Positions 38,961 to 51,872 of a DNA stretch of 64,000 bases are shown here, one piece after another. Numbering within the stretch: the stretch's first letter is position 1; every line of letters begins with the position of its first letter. The stretch comes from Octopus vulgaris (taxonomy: Eukaryota). Position numbers and translations under genes: made by a program. The stretch spans positions 173,414,001 through 173,478,000 of the forward strand of contig OX597816.1 of assembly GCA_951406725.2 (NCBI GenBank). Reading direction: 5' to 3'. The notes under the pieces are model-generated. The model did not search any database, had not been told where the DNA came from, and saw only the letters and a program-made list of their open reading frames with translations.

Positions 38961-40798
38961 TTCTCTCTCTCTCTTTCTCTCTCTCTCTTTTTCTCTCTCT
39001 CTCTCTCTGAAAATTTACTTCAGTGTATTTCAGTGTGTAAATACCTTTGTCTTCCCACTATTTGTATGTTCTCCCTACAGCATTACTTTATTTCTTTTAA
39101 ATTTTTTGCACGACATTTATTTAAATGCTCTGTTTACATTTCTCCCGCTATTGAAAACCTTTGTGTAATATTGTTTCACTTTTATGTGTGTGTTTGCACA
39201 TTCAATACGTATGGGATAGTAAAGGATGCTTCAAACTATGACAACAATGACATCAGATATATGAGTGTGTATGTGTCTCTGAGTGTATGAGTGTGTATGT
39301 GTGTGTGTGTGTGCATGTGTTTCCACATTAGGAATGTTATCAAACATGCACACACACATCTATACATTCATATACACGTGTGACGACTGACATGTGTGAA
39401 TGTATGTCTGTATGTGTCTCCCTTACTGTATGTATGTGACTATATGTGCGCATATCATCACATTTTGTATATGAATGTGTATGTGTCTGTGAGTATGTGT
39501 GTGTTTGCATGCCCATTACGCATGTTATTGAACACACGCATACATCTACACAAACTCTTGACAAAAAGCATTTATGTGGAACGTCCAAGTTATATAAAAA
39601 TGAACATCTACCATTCAATTAACAGTTCATAATTATCACAGCAGTTGCAAGGTATTTCCAATTTGCTTATATTTGGTTAATTTACACTGCATACAAAAAT
39701 ATAGATACATACAACTGCTTACAAAAATAGAGGTTAATGTATATTTTTTTTTTCCATGTACATAATTTTTTGTTTAAAATATAGAAAAAAAATATGCCAC
39801 CAAAGGAAAATCATAATCTCTCCGGAAACACCTATAAAACAAGGAGGAATGCAGGAAACCGAAGGTGAGAGTCTCAAGAGATTAGGGACATGAGATTTTC
39901 TCAACATCAGCAATGGTATGTTGCAGCACGTCAGATGGATTCTCAATAGAGAAGGGACATGACACTTTCCAAAGGTCACCAAACGCATGTTGCAGCACAT
40001 CAAATACTGTCTCAAGAGAGAAGGGAGATGAGACTTTCTCAAGATCAGCAAAGGCTTGTTGCAGCACATCAGATGGAGTCCCAAGAGAGAAGGGAGATGA
40101 GACTTTCTCAAGATCAGCAAAGGCTTGTTGCAGCACATCAGATGGAGTCCCAAGAGAGAATGGAGATGAGACTTTCTCAAGATCAGCAAAGGCTTGTTGC
40201 AGCACATCAGATGGAGTCCCAAGAGAGAAGGGAGATGAGACTTTCTCAAGATCAGCAAAGGCTTGTTGCAGCACTTAATGCTGAACCATTAAAATGATGT
40301 TTAGCATGCCACATTACACAGAGGTCCAATAGAATAGCTCTCAGAAACAGATCATGTACAAATTCGTTCTTCACAACACCTGGAGCTGCTTTCAGATATG
40401 ATCCATCCCATTCTTATAAAAATGATAATTCTGTCTAAATTCTTGTGTTAAACTCAAATTATCGTTAATGCAAAGCTTTGACATTTATTTCACAAATGTT
40501 TTGTCAGCAATGTTGCACTTCTCTGTATCAACTGTTTCAACATGAATGTAATATATATATACAAACTATGCTGTTTTAATTCCGAACAATGCCAGATATC
40601 TCAGTTGGTGTACAATAAATAAGATAACCAGACAACAGTAAAAACAATGTAACAAACTAACCAACTTCACTGCGAACTAACACAAAATTCACTCAGCTTT
40701 GAACTCTAAACGTTGAACTTACTCGGATCGTTACTATTTATTCTTTACTCAGACCAATCTATCTCTTGCAAGGGGGCATTGTAACTCTCATCATAACA
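38139..40798 (-). mobile_element. Gypsy LTR retrotransposon relic: 5' LTR (38580-40798, Helitron inside), degenerate PBS and gag start
   Basis: INEFSFNPEESITFASYYRRYEEIF..D..W.DEIKVRLLL is K02A2.6-like Gypsy gag; LTR bounded by TGT...ACA. Confidence 0.65.
38600..40608 (+). mobile_element. internally deleted Helitron carrying the RepHel N-terminal repeats
   Basis: a|TCtatataaa start, degenerate ccgaacaatgccag...ttgg|t end; MPPKRK.., 23-aa (69-bp) repeats VAAHQMESQERREMRLSQDQQRL, then AAFRYDP. Confidence 0.7.
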
Positions 40799-41817
40799 GA
40801 GGGGAAGTCAAAAGTTATCCGCACTTCCAGCATAACATATCTCTATTGTTGTCACACTGCCTTCTGTGTGCTTATTGTTTCTTTAAAACAAATTTAAAAC
40901 ATGAGGTACTATTGTAGTCAGATGATTGAAGTTTGAGCCTGATCATGCCATATTTCTTTCTGGCTTTACATGGCTCCTCCACTAGCAATGTCTATCAAAG
41001 AAGAACAAAGAGCAATGGTCTGATTTCTCTGGTCAGACGGTGTATCAGGTGCTGAAAAATCATCCACAATGAGCTTGGCTTCTATAAAGTCTGTGTAAGA
41101 TTGGTGCCAAGAGAGCACAAGTGCAAAATGCCTTGAGGTCTGCCAACATTTACTTGATCACTACAACAATGAAGACGAGGAATTTTTGAGCAGAACAGTC
41201 ACAGGAGATGAAATGTGGGTCCCAGTGGTTATGAGGCAGAATCCAAATGACAGAGTATGGAGTGGAAACATCCTGGATCACCAGCGATTGAAGAAATTCA
41301 AGGCTCAGTCTTCCACAGGAAAGGTGATGCTAACCCTTTTTGGGGACTCAAAAGGGCCAATACTGGAACACTGCCTCCGAAAGGGGTGTACGATCAATGG
41401 TGCCAGATACAGTGCTTTGCTGGCCAAGAAACTGAAGCCAGCAATTTGCACCAAACACCGAAGCCTATTGTTGAAAAAAGTTTTGTTGTTGCATGACAAT
41501 ACCTGCTCACACACAGCCACCCAGACCATTGAAATCATTAACCAATCATGCTAAAAGTCTCCAATGAACTTCAGCACCTGACACACCTTCTAACAAGAGA
41601 AATCGGATCACTTTTCTTTGTTCTTCTTTGGTGCACATTACTAGTGGAGCAGGTTTGCTTACACTGTAAAGCCAGAAAAAAAATGGTGCAATCAGGTTCA
41701 AACTTTGATCATATGACCACAATATTACCAACTATAAACATCCATGTGCAGAAGGCAGTGTGACAATAATAAAGATATGTTATGGCAAAAGTGTGGATAA
41801 TTTTGGACTTCCCCTTG
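40799..41817 (+). mobile_element. rearranged mariner whose 3' end is replaced by an inverted 5' end
   Basis: transposase motifs TGDEMWV, GKVMLTLF and LLHDN on +; inverted KEEQRKVIRFL..EGVSGAE at 41546-41817; both ends carry the gaggggaagtc(a/c)aaa TIR. Confidence 0.8.
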
Positions 41818-42670
41818 TACTTGACAACTGGTGTTGGTTTGTTTATGTCCCCATAACTTAGCAGTTTGGCCTAAGAGAACAAAAGACACATCAGACAAAA
41901 TACTTAGCAGTATTTCTTCCTGCTCTTTACTTTATAAGTTCAGATTCTGTCAAGGTAGACGTTACTTTTCTTCCTTTTGGGGTCGATAAAACAAGTACTC
42001 ATTGAGCAGTGGGTCAATGTAATCACCTAACCACTTCACCCTAATTTCAAACTTTGTGCCCTTGTTAGAAACAATTGTGTCAAAATTAGAAAAAAATTAT
42101 CATCACTATCATCACCACCACCACCACCACCACCACCATCACCAGCTGTTAAGAAATTACATATGCTGATTTAAAATTTAGTCATTACACAGATGTTATA
42201 TTTTTGGCATTATTGTGTCGGGGACATGTCAGCCTGGCAAAACCAATCCTCTTTTAGAAAGCATGTCTACATATGAGCTTACTCTGCTAGTTACACTCTA
42301 CCACTGATTCTCAATGTCCAGAAAGAAATAGAATACAGTCAGCTTTCCAGCATTTAAATGTATATATTGGCTAGACATTTAAATAGTTGAAAAAAGTTTG
42401 AATCATACACCTATTGTAGTGTTGTTGCTATAGAAACATGAAACCAAGAGTTGTACAAGGGACCTTTAACCTTGTTCAGCTGGTTGTTGGGTTTGGAGTA
42501 CTAAACCAATTTTGGTAAATATTGATATAGTATAAAATGAGGTAAATAAACAAGAGAAGAGAAAAGAAGAGAGAAATGAGATATGGGAACAGTGACAAAG
42601 ATATAGAGGATGAAAGAGAGAGAAAGACAGAGAGAGAGAAAACAGAGAGGAGAGAGGGAGAGAAAACAGG

Positions 42671-42702
<32 letters not shown>

Positions 42703-43014
42703 AAGTTTAAAAAACCAAAGAATGGCTGATGGTACATGAGTTTTGTATGATATAGGGGTTTATGTTACAATTGTTCCTCAGGTTTTTGTCAACTAATCAT
42801 TCTTATGTTACACTTAGCCTCACCTTTTTGAATCTTGTCAGGTATTTTTCAAGAAATCCATGTGTATGTATTGTATGTGTTTGCATGTGTTTATGTGTCT
42901 GTATGTATACGTACATAATTTCATGTGTGTGTCGATGGTGATGGTAATAGCAGTTAATTTTCCAACTGGACAAAGGAAACTATGATTCCATTGCTTTTTC
43001 CAATGCTGACTATA

Positions 43015-43412
43015 TCTTTATATATAAAAGTAAGGTTGTCTGCTTTCTGTCTCCTACGATTTAGATTCCTAACTACTCCCACATTTTGCGGTGCAGTTTA
43101 ACCAAAACCGGGTATGTTATAGTCGTGATTTATATCGAGCCCTTCTGGGTATTAGCGTGCATCTACGATGAGTCTACGATTTTAAAAAAATTTACCATCA
43201 ATTTTTCCGATTTTTAATGCATTTTTGGCATATGTAAGGGAAGTAACTCTCTAAAAATTTATTAGTAAATCTCAGAACGTAAAAAGCTACAGTAACACCC
43301 CTCCCCCTTTGTGGTTAGCCATATTGAGATGGCTATTATACTTTACATCTCTAAAAATGCTTATATAGTTATTTCCCTTACAAACCCAAGCAATGCCAGG
43401 CGATACTGCTAG
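43015..43412 (+). mobile_element. non-autonomous Helitron
   Basis: a|TC ... CTAG|t, same family as 8148-8542. Confidence 0.85.
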
Positions 43413-43569
43413 TCTTTATATACAAGAAATACACAGACACACACATCAACTTCATCATCATTTTAATGTTCAGCTTTCTATGCTTGCATAAGTCAAACAG
43501 AATTCATTCACCAGATTATCTACTGTCTGATGCACTCTCTGTTAATAACATTCGATTGTTCCCACATAT

Positions 43570-44095
<526 letters not shown>

Positions 44096-44109
44096 TTGTT
44101 TGTATGTAT

Positions 44110-44402
44110 AACTGGTACTCTATCGCTTACGACAGCAATGGAACAGCCTGCCTACTCATGAAATTGACATGCAAGTGGCTGAGCACTCCACAGACATGTG
44201 TACCCTTAACATAGTTCTCAGGGAGATTCAGCATAACACAGAATGTGACAAGGTTGACCCTTTGAAATACAAGTACTACTCATTTTTACCAGCTGAGTGG
44301 AGTGGAGCAATGTGAAATAAGGTGTCTTGCTCAAGGACACAACATGCCACCAGGAATTGAACTCACAACTCTATAATTTTGAGCTGAATACCCTAACCAC
44401 TG
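44110..44402 (-). mobile_element. old SINE with a family D-like head and family C-like body
   Basis: reverse complement has gtggttagggtattc..gtgtccttgagcaagacac and gtctgtggagtgctcagccacttgca. Confidence 0.6.
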
Positions 44403-44429
44403 TCTGTATGTATATATTGTAAGAAATGG

Positions 44430-46090
44430 GTGGAATAGGTGACTGAGGTAGTTAGAATATGTGATAGGATTATTAAACTAAGAATAGTTTTGTATAGTGT
44501 ATAGTAGCAACATTTATCTTTACACACACACCACACACCAGAGTGGCAGATGAACGGAAGGACCGTTTCTATGAAATTTTACAGACTACCTCGATGATGA
44601 AAGACGACAACGTTAGTATGGCTGGTGATTTCGATGGTCATGTTGGGCAGCACTCCAATAGATTTCATGGTGTGCATGGAGGTTACAGTTTTATTGGTAG
44701 GAATGAGAAGGAAACAAGGCTGCTGGAGTTTGGTGATGCAGATGACTTGCTAGTCTGCAATACTAACTTCAGGAAAACTACCAGATGTCTGATCAATTTG
44801 TGGGGTACATAAGCCAGATTAACTACATTCTCACCAGAAACAGGGATAGACAGATGCTTTTGAATGCAAAGTTCTTTCGTGAGTGAAGAATAATTTAGAG
44901 ACATAGATTCAGAGACATTTTAAACGAAGCATTTGATGAAGAGGAGGAAGAGATAGAGACCTAAAATAGAGGACAACTGAAAGTTCTTACAGGATAACCT
45001 ACAGAAGGTGACAGACAAAATTAGTTGCTGGAGCCAAGCTTTTACCAAACCAAACCAAACCAAAGGTGACATGGTGGCAGAACAATGAAGTTGACAGGAC
45101 CATAAAAGAGAAGAGACGGGTTTGGAAAAAGTGAAAAAGTGGAAGTAGCAAAGAACTTGTAGTGATGCTGCTGTGTAAGGTTCAGCGCATATGTGCAGAA
45201 TGGGATTACTTCCGGTTGGCCACCGGAAGTCTTCCCCATGTGCATGTGCGGGAAACTGACCCCTAAAACATGGTTCTCTCGTTCATCCTTTCTGGCCCAA
45301 GCAGCCCTCGTGAACGGACGTGTACTGGCAGTCTCTGAGGACTTCACACCAACCAAGCAGCGAACCACAACGAATCATTTCGACCAACAAACAAGAATCA
45401 GTACTACAGATTTGGCTGTTGGTTTCCCTCCAGAGAACACGTACACCAGTTCTACATTACGACGAGAAATAAACAACCATTTTGCTGTGTTCGTAGATCG
45501 CCTGACTTGTCTGTTATTTTAACTAAAGTTGAATGTGACGGGATCAGATCGGACACCCCTCCAGTGATACCGAATCTAGATCCTGTTACATAATAATTGG
45601 GTGGTAGCTAAAAAGCTGAAAGAATGATGTCTTACAGTGCGAAGATCAGAGACTTGAGGAGTTGTGGATTGCTGGACAATGTATCAGAAGTGTATATGGA
45701 TGGGTAATATGTTTGGTTTTAGTGACCCTGAAAAGAAAGAGGGGTGGAAGGGCTACAGTGAAAGGTTATCAAATGTAGAGAATATATGGGAAAAAGAATG
45801 TCTTCCCAATGTGAACCCCAACACTAGCTATTCTAGTTGGCAGCAGTATGATAGATAAAGCAGTTAAGGATATGAAGACAGAGAAAGCCTCTGGTCCATT
45901 GGGTATTAGCATTGAAATGCTTAAAATATCTGGCAGTGTAGGATACAGTTAGATTACATGTATAGTTAATCAGGTTGTTCAGAAAGGAATCACTAGGGTA
46001 GCAGCATTATAGTCAGTTGTTAAAAGGGTAACAAGAAATGCCTTACATAAAAGTAATTAAAGATGTATCAAATTACTGGACATATAACTG
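44430..46090 (+). mobile_element. old degenerate RTE LINE (APE endonuclease to start of RT)
   Basis: KDRFYE..AGDFDGHVG..HGVHGG..RNEKETRLLEF..LLVCNTNFRK; KDMKTEKASGPLGISIEMLK. Confidence 0.75.
45174..45590 (+). mobile_element. possible solo LTR inside the old RTE
   Basis: TGTAA...TTACA termini, internal AATAAA, CpG-richer than the flanks; no clear TSD. Confidence 0.4.
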
Positions 46091-46128
46091 TATGTGTGTG
46101 TGTGTGTATCTATGTGTATGTGTATGTG

Positions 46129-46161
<33 letters not shown>

Positions 46162-46165
<4 letters not shown>

Positions 46166-47919
46166 ACTCACTCGCTCGGGGCAAGGCACCAGGGCAAGAC
46201 GGCATCCCCGCAGAAGTCATCCAGTGTGAGAAGCCAGCCCTTCTGGGCCATCTCCACGAGCTGCTCTGTCAGTGCTGGGAGGAGGGCTCTGTCCCTAAGG
46301 ATATGCGTGACGCAAACATCATCACACTGTATAAAAACAAAGGGGACAGAAGCGACTGCAATAATTACAGGGGCATATCACTGCTCAGCACTGTCGGTAA
46401 GGCATTTGCTAGGGTGGTCCTGAAGAGGTTGCAAATACTTGCAGAGCGTGTGTACCCCGAGTCTCAGTCTGGCTTTAGGGCAGAGAGGTCTACAATCGAC
46501 ATGATCTTCTCACTCAGGCAGCTTCAAGAAAAGAGTCGAGAACAGAGACAGCCCCTATACGTGGCCTTCATCGACCTGGCTAAGGCGTTCAACTCAGTCA
46601 GCAGGGAGGGGCTGTCTGCGCTCCTGGGTAGGATAGGTTGCCCCCCCGGACTGCTGAAACTCATCACCTCCTTTCACGACGGTATGAAGGGAACAGTGCA
46701 GTTTGACGGATCGCCCTCGGAGTCGTTCCCCATCCAGAGTGGAGTGAAACAGGGTTGCGTTCTGGCGCCGACGCTCTTCGGAATTTTCTTCTCCCTTGTC
46801 CTGTCCTATGCCTTCAGAACGTCCAACGACGGAGTGTTCCTCCACACCAGGGCTGATGGTGGATTGTTCAATCTTGCGCGCCTCAGAGCTAAGACCAAAG
46901 TCCGTCAGGTGCTGATCAGAGAGATCCTCTTTGCTGACAATGCCGCCCTAACATCACACAGCCAGCCGGGTCTCCAGAGGCTGGTCAGCTCCCTGGCGGA
47001 TGCCTGCCAAGAGTTCGGCCTTACCATCAGCCTGAAAAAGACAGAGATCATGGGCCAGGACGTCGGAGGGGTCCCCAGCATCAGTGTCGGCGACCACAGC
47101 TTGTAGGTGGTGAACGAGTTCACTTACCTGGGTTCGACGGTCTCCAGCAGCCTGTGCCTCGAGCCGGAGCTGAACAGACGGATTGGGAAGGCTGCTGCTG
47201 CCATGGCTAAGCTCTCCAGGAGAGTGTGGGAAAACAACATGCTCACAATAACCACCAAGATCGCAGTGTACCAAGCCTGCGTGCTGAGCACCCTACTCTA
47301 CGGCAGCGAGAGCTGGACAACATACACCCGGCAAGAATGCCGCCTCAGTGGCTTCCACATGCGGTGTCTTCGACGGATCCTTGGCATCTCCTGGAAGGAC
47401 CGAGTACCAAACGGAGTCATCCTAGAACAGACTAATATGCCAAGCATGCATGCCCTCCTCGTGCGAAGACGACTGCACTGGCTTGGACACGTCTGCCGCA
47501 TGCAGGACGGTCGCATGCCTAAAGACATCCTGTACAGCGAACTCACCACGGGATCCCGACCCAAGGGACGTCCACAGCTACGATACAGGGATGTGTGCAA
47601 GCGCGACCTGAGGACTGCCAACATCTGTGTGGACACGTGGGAGGAAACAGCTGCTGACCGCTCTGCCTGGCGTCGGACAGTGAGGAAAGACGTTTCCATG
47701 GCTGAGGAAAGGAGAGCACAGCTGTGGTCGGACAGGCGGGACAGGAGGAGGACAACTGCAGCAACACCCCACACGTACCCATCGATGTTCATGTGCAGCA
47801 ACTGTACCAAGGACTGCCACTCTAGAATTGGACTGTTCGGTCACAGCAGACGCTGCTCATCATCAAAGTAGGCCCCACCCTTGGTGCGACCCATTGTCTA
47901 TCAAGACAGACGGGGAAAG

Positions 47920-47921
<2 letters not shown>
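46162..47921 (+). mobile_element. young 5'-truncated RTE (BovB-like) LINE; RT pseudogene
   Basis: GKAPGQDGIPAE..NYRGISLLS..PESQSGFR..AFIDLAKAF..GVKQGCVLAPTLF..FADN; one in-frame TAG at 47104-47106; C-terminal C-x2-C..H zinc knuckle; inserted in (TA)n. Confidence 0.92.
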
Positions 47922-47977
<56 letters not shown>

Positions 47978-47987
47978 CTGGTTTACA

Positions 47988-48031
47988 GGATTACCTTAGG
48001 TTTCCTGTCCATATGGTGTATCATCAGATCC
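47988..48031 (-). ncRNA. hammerhead motif in the inverted 5' pLTR of the PLE
   Basis: minus strand GGAU-CUGAUGA-UACACCAUAUGGACAG-GAAA-CCUAAGG-UA-AUCC; base of stem II is weak. Confidence 0.6.
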
Positions 48032-48953
48032 GAAAAAACCCTGTTAGCCCATGACCTCTTCAAAATATGGAGGGGGAAATGCCTCACTACTCAAAGGTAA
48101 CAATTGGGGATTTTCTCCCTTTGCTATTGGCTATCGACTCCTGGCTACTCCACTAAAAATATACCCACACCATCCAATGAGTTGTACACCCATACGCTGC
48201 TGGAAAAGATAATGGACGTGATTAGGCATATGAGGTGGAAAGTATTCTACTATAACCTAGGCACACCATCCTCAGAGAGCCACAACTATGGAATTAGATC
48301 GAGAAGACACCCACCCAAAATCAAGGACCTCGAACCCTTTGAAGCGGACTTGTTGGGCATCATTCCCAAACTGAAATTCCATAATGTTGGCCCGGAGTTT
48401 GTGTTGTAAGGAGCAAGATGCTCCTTCCATCACAAGCTCTGGGCCAACATTAAATTGTTAAAAAACTCAGATTGGTCCCTAATCTTCTCTGATAAGACAA
48501 AAAACTTATATAGGATAGACAGCCTAGATTACGACAGATGACTAGAAAATAATATCACACAAAATTATAGGCATGCTTCCCCACATACATATAACGAACC
48601 AATGAAGTGACCACATGGTTTAACACCAACAAAGGAAAAAGCAGAGCAAGGTTAACCCAGTTTAATATAGTCAACTTTTATCCATCTATATCAAAAGGAC
48701 TTCTGGCCAAGGCACTTTCTTTCATAGCAGATTCACTAACATTAGTGACAGAAATTTAGAAGTTATTTTGCATGCTAGAAAGACACTACTGTTCAACAAA
48801 GGTTTGGCATGGGTCAAGTGATCTGACTTCATAGCAATAGGAGCCTATGACAGCACTGACATATGCGACCTCATTGGGTTGTATATCCTAGATACCCTTA
48901 ACAATCCAACCCCATAGTGATGGGAGCCTGCAACAGTGTTGAAGTATGCCACC

Positions 48954-49340
48954 TCATCATCATCATCATTTAACGTCCGCTTTCCATGCTAGCATGGGTT
49001 GGACGGTTCGACTGGGGTCTGGGGAGCCCGACGGCTGCACCAGGCCAGTCAGATCTGGCAGTGTTTCTACAGCTGGATGCCCTTCCTAACGCCAACCACT
49101 CCGAGAGTGTAGTGGGTGATTTTATGTGCCACCGACACAGGTGCCAGACGAGGCTGGCGAACGGCCACGCTCGGATGGTGTTTTTATGTGCCACCGACAC
49201 AGGTGCCAGACGAGGCTGGCGAATGGCCACGCTCGGATGGTGTTTTTATGTGCCACTGACACAGGTGCCAGACGAGGCTGGCGAACGGCCACGCTCGGAT
49301 GGTGATTTTATGTGCCACCGACACAGGTGCCAGACAAGGC
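48954..49340 (-). mobile_element. family E element nested in the PLE
   Basis: (CAT)n tail and about 4 tandem units. Confidence 0.75.
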
Positions 49341-50271
49341 TTGTATATCCTAGATACCCTTAGGAAAAAGTTACCCTCTGTTCTCTTTGGCTTCTACAGA
49401 GATGACGCCCTGGCCATCTCTAGGGGGACAAGCAGGCATACACTAGGCAGGCTTAGAAAAGATCTAATCAGCACGCTTGCCACCATAGGAATTGAAAATC
49501 ACCATAGAGACCAACCTCACAGCCACAGACTTCTTACATGTCAAGCTCAACTTGGGCTCTGGTACATACAGGCCCTACCACAAACCAAATGAGAGACTAA
49601 CGTATATCAGCACAGCCTCCTGCCACCCACCCTTCAAGTTCAAAAACCTGGTAAAGGGTGTTAATAAGAGGATCACAAACCTTTTCTCCAACCTAGAGAT
49701 TTTCAACGCAGCCGGCCTGTACTATAACAAGGCCCTAGCTGCCAGTAGATTTAGGGACCAGATCTCCTACATGCTGGAACCCAACAATTGCAGAAGGAAA
49801 CACCACAGAAATACCACTTGGTTTGCCCTACCCCTTCTCTCTTAGCACAAAAATGCCAGTATGTAGAATATTCCTTAAATTAATAGATAAGCATTTCACT
49901 AGCTCTCAGAGGTACGGGCCCATTTTCAACAGGCACAATGTTAGAGTCTCATTTAGCTGTGCCTCTAATATTAAAAGCATCCTAGTTAGCACCTCTAAGC
50001 CACAGGAAGAGGCAGGATGTTCATGCAAGGACCACAACAGATGCCTGGTCGGAGGCCACAGCAAAACCAAAGAGGTCGTCTATCAAGCCAAAGTACTAGC
50101 AAACCCTAGCAATACCACTGGCAAAAGCAGTAGCAGCTGTAGACACAAGAACAGAACCATCAACAGCCCCACAGTTAACAGCATTAGCAACAATAGCAAT
50201 AACAGCCCCAGCAACAGAATTAGCAGTGTCCCCAACAGCAACAACACTAACAATATACTCAACATTTCCAT

Positions 50272-50704
50272 TCCTTTGGATGATTCTAAGACCTCCTAAT
50301 GGGGCTTAACCCCCAAATTTTAGTTAAATTTCATGAACTAAAATTACTGAATGGATCCTGATGATGTTTGGAACTTAGATTCAATGCATAAGGGTGGGTA
50401 TAATGCAGTATGTTTGGTTTGAATTTGAGGGGGCTTAGAGGGGGCAGAACCCCATGAAAATTCATAAATTTACGATGTTGATGAAATTTCAACCATAGGT
50501 AATTGACACAAATCAAGAAGTATTCCCAAAGTTTCCGCTTCTCATGAGGATTCTAAGACCCCCTAATGGGGGCCTTAACTCACAAATTTTAGTCATTTTT
50601 TAATGATCAAAAACAAGGTCAAAAGTACTGAATGGATTTTTATGAAATTTGGAAATTATATTCTATGCAGATGTAATGCAGTATGTTTGAAAGTGGGTTG
50701 CCAT
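50272..50704. mobile_element. 433-bp insertion (Helitron-internal-like) in the PLE ORF
   Basis: CCAT at both junctions; removing it restores the PLE frame; resembles the reverse complement of ~52160-52205. Confidence 0.55.
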
Positions 50705-51557
50705 CAACACCAGCATTACCAACAACTTCCCTAACGTCCACAGTAGCAGAACTGATAACCCCTATAGCAGCAGCAACAGGTCCAGTGCCACTGCCAGCTA
50801 TAATGGCAATAACAGCAGCAGTAGCAACAGTGGCTCTAGCAGAAACACCAGCGAAGCCACGGCTAATGACACCTCTAGCAGCAATGGCAGCTCTCTCACC
50901 AATGCCAAGGATCACAACAATAACAACAGCAGTACCTTCACCATAACCGGCAGTGGCAATTCCATCACCAACACCAGCACCACCCCCAGCGACATTAACG
51001 CCGGCAGTCCCAGCTCCAACAACAACAATGTTGGTGGCAGCAGTTACAACAACAATAGCAACACCTGCAGGTACAACATCGACAACACCCACCCACAGAG
51101 ATACATTGGATGTTCTGGAAACTCCTTCAAGCAACGTCACTTCAACCACAGGTCTTCCTTCAGAGTTCCGGAAAGGAGATACATAACATTGCTGGTCAAC
51201 CACATCTGGCAAATAAGAGACGATGGGATTCCATACTCAATCTCATGGAAAATCCTCGAGAACCCAGGCCCCTACATCAATGGGATGAAGCATTGCAAGT
51301 TATGCATAGCTGAATGTACAAGAATCCTAAAAGACTTGCTCAAATCAAGGAACATCCTTAACTCCAGAATGAAGATTTTTGGGCAATGTTTACATTTCAG
51401 AAGGTTCCTGCTAGTATTTTGGAGCCCACAAGATGGTGGCACCACCGAAAGTCGATAGCCAATAGCAAAGGGAGATAATCCCCAATTGTTACCTTTGAGT
51501 AGTGATGCATTTCTCCCACTATATTTTGAAGAGGTCATAGGCCAACAGGTTCTTTTG

Positions 51558-51616
51558 GGATCCAACGATACACCATAAAGCTAAACCTTTTATGGATGGG
51601 AAACCTAAGGGAATCC
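51558..51616 (+). pseudogene. inactivated hammerhead in the 3' pLTR
   Basis: GGAU-CCAACGA-..-GAAA-CCUAAGG-GA-AUCC: core G5 and cleavage-triplet U are both mutated relative to 47988-48031. Confidence 0.6.
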
Positions 51617-51709
51617 CATAAACCAGCCTTCCCCATTTTTAAAATATACACTGCTCTACATCTTAGAGTGTGCTTCTTCTTTCGGATTTATGTTTTCTAC
51701 AAATGATAC

Positions 51710-51771
<62 letters not shown>

Positions 51772-51838
51772 ATATATATATATATGTATATATATATGTA
51801 TATATGTGTGTATATATATATATATGTATATATATATG

Positions 51839-51869
<31 letters not shown>

Positions 51870-51872
51870 TTA

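Larger units (their letters stand above)
47974..51630 (+). mobile_element. Penelope-like element (probably Naiad-type), degenerate RT plus GIY-YIG, inverted pLTRs
   Basis: GYSTKNIPTP..MRWK, GFYRDD, YRPYHKPN, CSC...C..VVYQAKV, YIG..FKQR..NH, CKLC; 47974-48138 is the reverse complement of 51451-51630. Confidence 0.85.

Noticed and set aside
42424-42437. RFX X-box-like GTTGCTATAGAAAC (TTC16 is a ciliary-type gene)
   Set aside because: Far from the gene's 5' end; a similar motif occurs by chance inside a repeat at ~3561; no supporting promoter evidence.
50640-51212. 190-aa Ala/Val/Gly-rich minus-strand ORF and Thr/Pro mucin-like plus-strand ORFs
   Set aside because: Alternative frames of the low-complexity PLE linker; the frame leading into YIG is the meaningful one.
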